A program made the translations under genes and the position numbers. A stretch of DNA of 64,000 nucleotides from NCBI GenBank assembly GCA_965369445.1, contig CBDUQU010000001.1, positions 1,614 through 65,613 on the forward strand. The letters run 5' to 3'. The notes under the pieces were generated by a model, which saw only the letters and a program-made list of their open reading frames with translations, was not told the origin of the DNA and searched no databases. Below, in pieces: positions 9,377-17,478 of this stretch; the stretch's first letter is position 1, and the number at the start of each line of letters is the position of its first letter. Source of the DNA: an uncultured bacterium (GTDB lineage: Bacteria > Zixibacteria > MSB-5A5 > SM1-73).

Positions 9377-10119
9377 TAGACTACACCTTTCTTCCTATTG
9401 GATCTCGATTCCCCAAACAGCGCCTTTATCCTTTCCTGGCAGGAGCGTGACTTGCAGACGCTGCAGAAGGGATAGGAATCGTCGAAGAGAAAAATCTCCT
9501 TGTCTCCGGCTACCAATACACCCGATATCGATTTCAAAGGTTTCATCAGAAAACTCTCAAGCAGTGCGATTCCAATATCTTCAGGACGAAGAAACTCGAA
9601 GAGTCTCTTTTGCCCGCTCATGTGCCAGCCGCAGTAACCGGGGCTGAATCTCAATACGCCTTTTGACGGGGTGATTTCTCCTTTTTCTGAGAGCAGATCG
9701 AAATACCTGCTCTCTACCCTGCCGGCTGCCTTATCAGTCCCGGCCGAGGCAACGGAGTCCAGCATACTCCCCAGCGCAAAATCATTTGCTTTGAACAGCC
9801 GGTCTATCTTTTCCGTGACCGTCTCCCCTACTGTAACGGCGAAGAGGGCGAGGTTGTCGGCTTTCGTGATGATCTCATCCAGCGGTGTGTCCTGTTCATT
9901 TAATCCTTCGCCTTTGTAGCGAGCTTTGAATTCAGGAATGGCTATGTCCGAGATGACAGCTCTGGGTTTAGAGAATTCGAGAAAAAGGTCCATTGCCTTC
10001 CCGAGAAGCGTCTTCACGTCCCCAGTTAGCTCTTGGCCGGAAGGGATGCCCTGAGTTTCCAGGACGCTATCCTGGTCTGGCTTTGCTTCGTCGAGAGGAA
10101 TTTCGAGTATCCTTCTCAT
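9376..10119 (-). CDS. methionine synthase activation-domain-like protein (Met_synt_B12-like, stand-alone)
   Basis: LRFSPGYCGWHMS...LLESFLMKPLKSISGV resembles the RPAPGYPACPEH...LTESFAMWPGASVSG segment of the E. coli MetH activation domain. It sits between the MttB-like gene (ATGA overlap) and the corrinoid protein. Confidence 0.5.
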   Translation of the reverse strand: MRRILEIPLDEAKPDQDSVLETQGIPSGQELTGDVKTLLGKAMDLFLEFSKPRAVISDIAIPEFKARYKGEGLNEQDTPLDEIITKADNLALFAVTVGETVTEKIDRLFKANDFALGSMLDSVASAGTDKAAGRVESRYFDLLSEKGEITPSKGVLRFSPGYCGWHMSGQKRLFEFLRPEDIGIALLESFLMKPLKSISGVLVAGDKEIFLFDDSYPFCSVCKSRSCQERIKALFGESRSNRKKGVV

Positions 10120-11576
10120 AAATCTTTATGAGGCAAGCTCTCCATACCGCAGCGACGAGCCTCTCCCTCCATTAGTTTCGTCAACTCCTTCTTTGTATCG
10201 TCGGGCAGCCTGGAAGGCTCATATTTCCTGATCAGTTTTTCCACCTCGCTGTGTGCTCTCTCTAAGAGCGTCTTGCCGCCCTCCTCCAGCCATCTGGCTC
10301 TGCTCGCCCGATCAATAACCGATCCCGGCAGATGGAACTCTTGCTTGAGATATCGAAGCGTATGTTTCGATATGAGCAGGTGTTTTTCCTTGAGCAGTTC
10401 CTCGAATCTGGGGAGTGACGGAAAATCCTCTTTAGGCTCGATGCCTTTTATCATGCGAAGGGTCATCCCGCAAATTTCGTTGTCCAAGACGAGCTTCTCC
10501 AAGCTCTGGCAGCTTTCGAAATCAAGCATTCCGGGGCCGGATATGTTATTGATACCGGAGAGGGCCGCCAGCGTTGCTCCCATCGAGGATTCCAGACCGG
10601 CCTGGGCGTCAAGCTGTTTGGCATCACTGAGTGATATGTAGGCCTGCGTGGGCATACCCAGGTGTTTTCCGATCTCGTTGTACGCGCAGTCTATCATCTG
10701 CGTCTCCACCGCGCCCATGGGCGTGGTCTCGTATCGAACGTCGAATATGGCCGGCGAGCCGCCGTAAAGAACGGGCGCGCCCGGATTGGCGAGCTGGCTT
10801 ATCACCACGCCGCTTAAGGTCTCGGCGGTATGCTGTACCAAAGTTCCCACCAGGGTGACCGGCGCCATGAATCCCGATAAGGGCATGGAGACGAACTCCA
10901 CGGGGATTGAATACTGCGCGCAGTCGACAAGATTTTGAGAGGTTACATCGCTCCATTTCAAAGGGGAAGTCGGGCAGCAGGAAAATATGGTCAGCGGTTT
11001 GGCGGCAAGCTCCTCTTTGGATCCGCGGACGGCAAGCTGCAAGTCCCTCATTATGTTGAATGCCTCGATGGTAAATGCCCCGGTGACCACCGGCTTTTCA
11101 CAGAAAAGAAGCGAAAGGTAAAGCCGGTAGCTGTCTGATATCTTCTCGTGCACGTCGGCGGGTATGAAGGCCGTGCTCTGGGAGGCGATGTGATCGAGCC
11201 GGCTAACGAGCCTGGCATATCTGACATAATCAGCCGTTGTGGGTCTGCGAATCTTCCCTGTGCCAGAGTCTAAGATATTCAACGCCGCAGAACCGGGTGT
11301 GAAATAGACGTTGTACTCCGAGAAATCGTGCGTTTCCTTGCCCAGGACGTCGAAGAGTTTGAAGGACTCAGGAACCGTCTGCAAGGCTCGATCGATGATC
11401 TCATCCGTGAAAAGGACGTGGTATCCGTCCATCTCTACCTTTGCCCCATGCTCCTGCAGCATTGAGAGAATATTCTTGTTGTGAATCTCCACGCCGAGCT
11501 TGCACAGGACCTCCCTCGCTTCCGAGATTATCCTATCCCTTAGCTCATCATTTAAGAATCTCACCACCGGCCTCAT
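10116..11576 (-). CDS. MttB-superfamily (trimethylamine/quaternary-amine):corrinoid methyltransferase, non-pyrrolysine type
   Basis: 486 aa from the ATG at 11576, which has AAGGAG 6 nt upstream. The size, the hydrophobic Gly-rich C-terminal half (ISGPGMLDFES...LDNEICG) and the corrinoid neighbours fit the family. There is no in-frame amber codon. Confidence 0.6.
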   Translation of the reverse strand: MRPVVRFLNDELRDRIISEAREVLCKLGVEIHNKNILSMLQEHGAKVEMDGYHVLFTDEIIDRALQTVPESFKLFDVLGKETHDFSEYNVYFTPGSAALNILDSGTGKIRRPTTADYVRYARLVSRLDHIASQSTAFIPADVHEKISDSYRLYLSLLFCEKPVVTGAFTIEAFNIMRDLQLAVRGSKEELAAKPLTIFSCCPTSPLKWSDVTSQNLVDCAQYSIPVEFVSMPLSGFMAPVTLVGTLVQHTAETLSGVVISQLANPGAPVLYGGSPAIFDVRYETTPMGAVETQMIDCAYNEIGKHLGMPTQAYISLSDAKQLDAQAGLESSMGATLAALSGINNISGPGMLDFESCQSLEKLVLDNEICGMTLRMIKGIEPKEDFPSLPRFEELLKEKHLLISKHTLRYLKQEFHLPGSVIDRASRARWLEEGGKTLLERAHSEVEKLIRKYEPSRLPDDTKKELTKLMEGEARRCGMESLPHKDL

Positions 11577-11689
11577 CACATGCTCCTTTCGGATTCGCAA
11601 AGGTTCGCCATATCTTACATCAAAGCTTCGAGAATTGCAAGAGAATATCATGCCCGGTTCGAAGGTTCGGGAAAAATGTAACTTTTCTG

Positions 11690-11718
11690 TTGACAGTACG
11701 TAAGTACTTACGTAAATT
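11690..11718 (+). promoter_or_regulatory. sigma-70-like promoter (TTGACA-N17-TAAATT) with an embedded 16-bp perfect palindrome ACGTAAGTACTTACGT (11698-11713); putative MarR operator
   Basis: Read directly in the 185-bp divergent spacer between the MttB operon and the MarR-GNAT gene. Confidence 0.4.
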
Positions 11719-11761
11719 GAAAGAAGTTGAACACCGGTATAGAGATGATGGAGGTTCATTC

Positions 11762-12730
11762 GTGGATTTACTAAAGCAACTGGGACCCTTGGCCCTGGCC
11801 AGTCGATTCAGGCGGCTGGCCGACTGGCTGTACAAGGACGGACCCCGCATTTACCGGGAGCGGTCGGCCGATTTCGAGCCCCGCTGGTTTCCCCTCTTCT
11901 ACCTTCTCAAGGAATCGGGTTCAGTCTCGGTGACGGCTGCGGCATCGGCGCTGGGATACAGCCATCCGGCGGTCAACCAGATTGCAGGTGAGATGGCCGT
12001 GCGAGGGTTTCTCGAATCGATCAAGGATAAGAAAGACGAGCGTAAGCGTCTCTTGCGCCTGACCAGAAAAGGGAAAGCTGCCGTATCGCGGTTGGAACCG
12101 GTGTGGGCGGATATCGAAGCTGCCGCCGGCGAGCTTGTGACTGAGGCCGGTACTGATTTCTTGGCCGCCGTCGGGCGGCTGGAAGATGCCCTGGAAGAAA
12201 CCGGGGTATACGAGCGGGTGATGCGCCGGGTCAAAAAGCGCCAACTGGAGAGAGTGGAAATCATCGACTACAAGCCGCAGTTCAAACGGTATTTCAAGTC
12301 GCTCAACCTCGAATGGCTCAAGAAGTACTTCGTTGTCGAGGATGAGGACGAGCAACTGCTCTCCGATCCGTATGGGAGAATCATCAAGGCGGGAGGGTTT
12401 GTTCTATTCGCCCGCCTTGACGGCAAAATAGTGGGTACGACAGCCCTGCTCAAGCATGACAAACATACCTACGAATTGACCAAGATGGCTGTTGCCAGGC
12501 GAGCGCAGGGCCGCCAGGTGGGACGCAAACTTGCACTTGCGGCGATCGAAAGGGCAAAGAAGGCAGGCGCAAAGCGGCTGGTTTTACTTACCAGCCCCCC
12601 ATTGACCGCAGCGTGCAACCTCTATCGCTCCCTGGGTTTCGTGGAGGTATCGCTTGCACAGCCCTGGGCAACTGCCTACAAGCGTGAATCAACTGCGATG
12701 AGTCTGGATTTGAAGAGAAAAAAACCTTAA
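11762..12730 (+). CDS. MarR-family winged-helix regulator fused to a C-terminal GNAT acetyltransferase domain
   Basis: GTG start at 11762 with GGAGG 6 nt upstream; the track's longer ORF overlaps the MttB start. The N-terminus carries a wHTH (SVSVTAAASALGYSHPAVNQIAGEMAVRGFLESIKDKKDERKRLLRLTRKG). The C-terminus carries the GNAT core (LFARLDGKIVGTTAL...RRAQGRQVGRKL). Confidence 0.6.
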   Translation: MDLLKQLGPLALASRFRRLADWLYKDGPRIYRERSADFEPRWFPLFYLLKESGSVSVTAAASALGYSHPAVNQIAGEMAVRGFLESIKDKKDERKRLLRLTRKGKAAVSRLEPVWADIEAAAGELVTEAGTDFLAAVGRLEDALEETGVYERVMRRVKKRQLERVEIIDYKPQFKRYFKSLNLEWLKKYFVVEDEDEQLLSDPYGRIIKAGGFVLFARLDGKIVGTTALLKHDKHTYELTKMAVARRAQGRQVGRKLALAAIERAKKAGAKRLVLLTSPPLTAACNLYRSLGFVEVSLAQPWATAYKRESTAMSLDLKRKKP

Positions 12731-12750
12731 AACATTAACCAGGAGGCGTT

Positions 12751-14145
12751 ATGAAAAGAGTGTCGATATCCTCGACCTCACGAGCCGGACTGTTGATGAG
12801 AGCACAGTTGTGCGCATTGCTGATCCTGCTGCTGATACCGGCGGGGCTGCTCTCCACATCTGCCAGGGCACAGTCGGCCGGGCAGGAGCGCCCAGACAGG
12901 GTGATCGATGCCCGGATGCAGGCAGAGATCATCGACAGTGTAACCCGGTCATTGAACGAAATCTATGTCTTCCCCGACATGGCTAAGAAAATGGAGAAAC
13001 ACCTTCGCAAGCAGTACAAGAAGAAAGCATACAAAGACATCACCAGCTTGACCGAATTCACCCAGAAGCTGACCGAAGATTTGGGGGAGATAAGTCACGA
13101 TAGACATCTGTGGGTAAGATTCGTGCCCGATGAGATGATGTCTATGTTTGAGGGTGACACCCTCACCGATGAGCAAAAGCAGCGCGAATTGGAGGAAAAG
13201 CGCAGAGACAACTTCTGCTTCAAGGAGATTAAGTTGCTGGAAGGTAACATTGGCTATGTCGACCTTCGCTGCTTTGCCGGGGCCGCCGATGCCGGGCCCA
13301 CGGCCATTGCTACGATGAATTTCTTAGCTTATACTGATGCCATTATATTCGATTTGCGGCAGAACGGCGGCGGCTCACCCAGCATGATCCAGCTCATCTC
13401 CAGCTACTTCTTCCCCGAGCGGGTTCATTTGAACAGCTTCTATATCCGCAAATCCGATTCGACGAAACAGTTCTGGACCCAAGCCCATGTGCAGGGACCC
13501 AGAATGAGCGACGTGGATCTCTATGTGCTGACGAGCAACTATACCTTCTCCGCCGCGGAGGAGTTCACATACAACCTCAAGAGCATGGAGCGGGCCACGA
13601 TAATAGGAGATACCACTGGGGGCGGGGCTCACCCCATCGAGGTAAAGCCGTTTGCCCACCTGAGTATCGGAATGTCATTGCCGTTTGGCCGCGCCGTGAA
13701 CCCGGTCACCGGAACCAACTGGGAGGGCACGGGAATCGCTCCCCATATCGCCGTACCCCAGGAGCAGGCGCTGGACGTGGGACATCTGGAGGCTCTGAAG
13801 AAACTGTTAGAAAAGACCGAAGATGCCGACCGAAAGAACCAGCTTGAGTGGGCCATTGATGGCAAGAACGTAAAACTCAATCCGGTTACGGTCGAGGCGA
13901 GCCAGTTGCAGAAATACGCGGGCCAATTCGGCCCCAGAAAGTTTTGGGTTGAAGACGGCGCGCTGCACTATCAGCGTGAGGACAGGCCCGTATACAAGCT
14001 CATACCTATGGGCGATCACAAGTTCATGCTGGACGGCCTCGACTATTTCAGGATTCAATTCGTGGAAGCTCCCACCGGCGAGTTCAACGAGATGATCGGG
14101 CAGTATGACAACGGCCGTACTGACGGCAACAAGAGAGACAAGTAG
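12751..14145 (+). CDS. S41 family C-terminal processing peptidase, secreted
   Basis: Signal peptide. The S41 signatures are present: IIFDLRQNGGG and the nucleophile block LTSNYTFSAAEEF. Confidence 0.85.
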   Translation: MKRVSISSTSRAGLLMRAQLCALLILLLIPAGLLSTSARAQSAGQERPDRVIDARMQAEIIDSVTRSLNEIYVFPDMAKKMEKHLRKQYKKKAYKDITSLTEFTQKLTEDLGEISHDRHLWVRFVPDEMMSMFEGDTLTDEQKQRELEEKRRDNFCFKEIKLLEGNIGYVDLRCFAGAADAGPTAIATMNFLAYTDAIIFDLRQNGGGSPSMIQLISSYFFPERVHLNSFYIRKSDSTKQFWTQAHVQGPRMSDVDLYVLTSNYTFSAAEEFTYNLKSMERATIIGDTTGGGAHPIEVKPFAHLSIGMSLPFGRAVNPVTGTNWEGTGIAPHIAVPQEQALDVGHLEALKKLLEKTEDADRKNQLEWAIDGKNVKLNPVTVEASQLQKYAGQFGPRKFWVEDGALHYQREDRPVYKLIPMGDHKFMLDGLDYFRIQFVEAPTGEFNEMIGQYDNGRTDGNKRDK

Positions 14146-14194
14146 CACTCGTGGGTTGGAGGCCTCGTGCGCCCGACACCATCAAACCCTCTAA

Positions 14195-14258
14195 ACTCAC
14201 CCCCCTTAATCCCCCTCTCTTCTTAAGAGAGGGGGCACGGGGGTGAGTTCTCTGCTTA
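14195..14258 (+). terminator. nested GC-rich hairpin (ACTCACCCCC...GGGGGTGAGT around CCCTCTC/GAGAGGG) followed by TTCTCTGCTT
   Basis: Inverted repeats read in the sequence immediately after the S41 peptidase stop. Confidence 0.4.
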
Positions 14259-14391
14259 GGATAGCGGTTGCCCAGACGCCCGGACGGGCCCGTCTGGGGG
14301 CACGTCCGCGCATCCCTACCCTTTTTCTCCGGGCAAGAGTGCAACTCCTGCCCGAGCTCAGAACTTGTGTAACCCTGAAGAGGAGGAAATC

Positions 14392-15870
14392 ATGAAGTAC
14401 AGTTCTTTAATTAGGAGTTTGTTTTTGCTGCTGTTTGTACTTATGCCCTTTTCCTTATATGCATCTGTCGATTTTCCTGAAACGCCGGCAGGAAATCGGG
14501 CAAAGGAGATACTGGAGCTCTTAAACGGAACCAGTTCACATTCTCCTGAAGACTATGTCAAAAATGACTATACGCCGAGTTTTAGGGACGCTTTCCCCAT
14601 GGCATCTCATGTAGCTATTTTCTCGACCACTCAGGGAATTTTCAACAAACTGCAACTTGTCGAAATTCCGGAATCTTCGCCTCACCGAATCACTGCCATT
14701 CTCAAGTCTGCTGCCCGTGAAGCTTATTTGAAACTCGAATTAGATGTGGAGCCCGAAGAACCGCATAGAATTGCGTCAATGGGAATCTCACCTGCCGGTA
14801 AACCTGCAAATGCTGAAGAGACAGAAAAAGAAGAAAAGGCAGGAGGTGAACCTCAAAAAAGCAGAGAACCCAAAGAGGTAGATTTAGATGACTTGCACAA
14901 TCAGCTTTCTGAAAAAGCTGAAAATAATGAGTTCTCGGGCGTCGTGCTGATCGCAAAAGATGGCAACAAGATTTTCCATGAGGCTTACGGATATGCTTCA
15001 AAAGAGTTTAAGGTAAAGAACGCTTTGGATACAAAATTCAACCTTGGCTCCATCAACAAGCTATTCACCTCAATCGGCATTACTCAGCTTATGGAAAAGG
15101 GAAAATTGTCCATCGATGACCCGATCGGGAAATATCTGGATATCTTTTCGCAGGAAATTGCCGGCAAGGTTACGGTAAAGCATTTATTGCAAATGCGGGC
15201 AGGCTGGGGGGATTATTGGGGCAATGAGTATTATCTTGCCCATCGGAATGAGCTTCGGAAGGTATCGGATTATATGGAGTTCATTAAGGACATTCCCCTT
15301 GATTTTGAACCCGGGACAAACTTCCAGCATTGTAATACGTGCTTTGAGGTGCTTGGAGCTTTAATCGAAGCAATAACCGGTATAGATTACTATGATTACG
15401 TAAAAGACAATATCTATAAACCAGCGGGAATGGAAAACACCGATTGCTATGACAAAGACGGCCCTGTTGAGAATATTGCTGTGGGATACACAAATATGAA
15501 TCCCGACGCACCCGGTGAAAACGAGTACAGATGGAATAACCTGTATATGATGCCTCCAAAGGGATCACCCACAGGAGGGGGTTTTTCCACTGTCGAGGAT
15601 CTGCTCAAGCTCGATATCGCTTTGAGAAACTTCAAACTGTTGAATCGTGACTATACTCACTATTTATCCCGGCAGTTTAACGGTTCGCCAAAGGATCCTT
15701 TTGAGCCTCCCGGCAGAGTCTCGCTTAGTGCAGGAGGAGCGCCGGGGGTAAGCGCAGTTTTTGCCCGCGATCTTGATTTCGGTTATACAATAATTGTGTT
15801 GTCCAATTACGACTATCCTGTCGCAATGGATGCGGCAAGCGAGATCATAGAAATGTATGGATTAGAATAG
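14392..15870 (+). CDS. serine hydrolase of the beta-lactamase/penicillin-binding fold (class C-like), secreted, with an N-terminal extension
   Basis: Signal peptide, an E/K-rich linker, then the SxxK active-site motif (FNLGSINKLF) and a YxN-like region. Start taken at MKYSSLIR. Confidence 0.7.
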   Translation: MKYSSLIRSLFLLLFVLMPFSLYASVDFPETPAGNRAKEILELLNGTSSHSPEDYVKNDYTPSFRDAFPMASHVAIFSTTQGIFNKLQLVEIPESSPHRITAILKSAAREAYLKLELDVEPEEPHRIASMGISPAGKPANAEETEKEEKAGGEPQKSREPKEVDLDDLHNQLSEKAENNEFSGVVLIAKDGNKIFHEAYGYASKEFKVKNALDTKFNLGSINKLFTSIGITQLMEKGKLSIDDPIGKYLDIFSQEIAGKVTVKHLLQMRAGWGDYWGNEYYLAHRNELRKVSDYMEFIKDIPLDFEPGTNFQHCNTCFEVLGALIEAITGIDYYDYVKDNIYKPAGMENTDCYDKDGPVENIAVGYTNMNPDAPGENEYRWNNLYMMPPKGSPTGGGFSTVEDLLKLDIALRNFKLLNRDYTHYLSRQFNGSPKDPFEPPGRVSLSAGGAPGVSAVFARDLDFGYTIIVLSNYDYPVAMDAASEIIEMYGLE

Positions 15871-15961
15871 AAGTCGAAGAGCTTCTGTGCCTGCCAGGTT
15901 CCTTGATCTGGTCCCGCATTTTGCGGGATCGGGTCGGGGGACCCGACGGGCACGCAACATT

Positions 15962-16153
15962 TCATATAGAATCCAGTTCTACATATGCATCTTCTTTGCC
16001 TTTTTCTCTATCTTTTCGTGCTTGCTTGAGATCTTCGATGGCCTTCTTATCAAGATCTAATCCTAACAGCTCTTCTATTTCTTTATACTCCTTCCAGGGA
16101 ATAATCACTTCGGTTGGCTTGCCTTTTTCATTTACCACAATTTTCTTGTGCAC
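15962..16153 (-). CDS. small Phd/YefM-like antitoxin-type protein
   Basis: 63 aa, KPTEVIIPWKEYKEIEELLG...AIEDLKQARKDREKGK, in the Phd/YefM pattern (beta-strand then EEY..LEE). Very low GC. Confidence 0.45.
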   Translation of the reverse strand: MHKKIVVNEKGKPTEVIIPWKEYKEIEELLGLDLDKKAIEDLKQARKDREKGKEDAYVELDSI

Positions 16154-16193
16154 CGTAACCGTAGCTTCACCTCTTTTCTTTTTAATTATACCT

Positions 16194-17013
16194 AACGTTT
16201 GAACTCAGCGGTTTAAAAGCATTAGCTTTTAATCCGCTGAAGCGAATTGTTATTTGGTTTCTTTGATATTCCTAGTTTTTTGCAAATCCATTTTTCATAT
16301 TTTTTATCAATTGAAATTATACATCTATCCCAATGATCTTTTTCATCAATTTCTAAAGCTTCGTCATATTTTCTGATAAAATCTGATATAGAAATGTTGT
16401 CTGCTAGTACTTTTGCTTTAGTGCGTACCTGTGATGGCAGTTCGCTAAAGCTAATTGTTGACTTTTCAAGAATTATTCGGAAATATATTTTCTCTGCCTC
16501 AGAAACATTTTGCAGATTGGCGGATAATCTTTCCTCTACGGAATAATATCGTTTAGGAAGTTCCTTTTCTAGCTTTGATGGCAATTCATCAATGTTTTTA
16601 TATCTTATTTGTACTAGACCTGATAAATTAGACGGAAGATGTTTTTGATAGCTCCCCTTTTTGGTTTCTCGAATAAGCAATATTACATTTAATTGCTTAG
16701 CCAGGGCATACCCTAGCTCGATGTGGACATTTCGATTTTGGGATTTTGTTTCGAAGACGCAAAAAGCGCTTCTGTCCATTTGTTTTATCAACTCTTCCCA
16801 TAGCCACTTACCTGCATCAACAAATGGGGTTATTTCCATATTCTGTTTTGCTAAAAATTGTTTTACTTTCTTGTATAGTTTTTGGCCGCGAGAGTTTTTT
16901 TTAAATTCATGTCCATAGAAACATTTATGGTAATCTTTTAAATTTGTCTTTTTTGGTGAAAGCATTTCTTGTTCCTTTCAATTTTATTCTCACACAACGC
17001 TTGAACTGAGCGG
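16194..17013. repeat. 18-bp imperfect direct repeats (AACGTTTGAACTCAGCGG at 16194-16211; AACGCTTGAACTGAGCGG at 16996-17013) bracketing the TIR/NDT-like gene
   Basis: Read directly; 16/18 identical and in the same orientation. Confidence 0.6.
16222..16965 (-). CDS. TIR-like / nucleoside 2-deoxyribosyltransferase-like domain protein with an uncharacterised C-terminal half
   Basis: 247 aa at about 33% GC. The N-terminal 120 aa follow the flavodoxin-like TIR/NDT pattern (FYGHEF...FVDAGKWLWEELIKQMDRSAFCVFETKS...NVHIELGYALAKQLNVILLI, with an ELGYA motif as in the NDT family). The C-terminal 120 aa have no recognisable family. Confidence 0.45.
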   Translation of the reverse strand: MLSPKKTNLKDYHKCFYGHEFKKNSRGQKLYKKVKQFLAKQNMEITPFVDAGKWLWEELIKQMDRSAFCVFETKSQNRNVHIELGYALAKQLNVILLIRETKKGSYQKHLPSNLSGLVQIRYKNIDELPSKLEKELPKRYYSVEERLSANLQNVSEAEKIYFRIILEKSTISFSELPSQVRTKAKVLADNISISDFIRKYDEALEIDEKDHWDRCIISIDKKYEKWICKKLGISKKPNNNSLQRIKS

Positions 17014-17230
17014 CGACGGGTGGCCCGGCCTGTTCATCAGGCCGGGTTTATCATCGTCCTCACTCGACAGACCAGCGTCAGGGGCACAGGGCCCCAGATC
17101 TACCACTTCGGCCGACCCCAGGAAATGGACCGACAATCAAATCTACAGTTGACCCTCCCTAATGTCAAGTTATTTTGAGCAGGTTTAGCGTCAGTATCGA
17201 CGAACTGGCGCTGGGATATGCCGACCTCAC

Positions 17231-17395
17231 CTAAGCCCCTTTCTTCATCATTGTTAGAAATGAAGACCGGAGCGTATCGCTCATAAGGGCCTTTTTCACC
17301 GGCGGCAGTTTCAGGAATCCGCCGATGAAGCCGCGCATGAACGAGTGAGTGATGCTCTGCGGAATTCCCTTAGGTGGGAAGGGGAAGGGTTTATA
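17231..17395 (-). pseudogene. 3' relic (last ~54 codons plus stop) of a paralog of the 4Fe-4S protein gene at 32232..33488
   Basis: About 85% nucleotide identity to 32235-32360. In-frame translation gives ...PQSITHSFMRGFIGGFLKLPPVKKALMSDTLRSSFLTMMKKGA*, against ...PQSITHSFMRGFIGGFLRLAPVKKALMSDVLRSSFLGMMNKGA* in the intact gene. There is no start codon; an in-frame TGA lies immediately upstream, at the edge of an 11-bp-stem hairpin. Confidence 0.6.
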
Positions 17396-17478
17396 TCAGA
17401 AGGGAACCAGAACCCTTCCCCTTGGTTTGGGGGGCACTTTTTTAACGCGTCTACTACTCCACTTGCTCAGGGCTCAGG

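Noticed and set aside
10116-11759. 547-aa version of the MttB ORF, and the question of a pyrrolysine (amber) codon
   Set aside because: The ATG at 11576 has AAGGAG upstream and gives the family-typical 486 aa. The frame contains no in-frame TAG, so this is a non-Pyl member.
11441-12730. 429-aa version of the MarR-GNAT ORF starting at 11441
   Set aside because: Its first 100 codons overlap the MttB start and the promoter spacer. GTG at 11762 has a GGAGG 6 nt upstream and begins right at the wHTH domain.
17016-17046. Intrinsic-terminator-like hairpin CCCGGCCTG-TTCATC-CAGGCCGGG followed by TTTATC on the plus strand
   Set aside because: There is no plus-strand gene upstream for it to terminate. 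It may belong to the decayed locus or inserted element, so it is noted but not annotated as a terminator.
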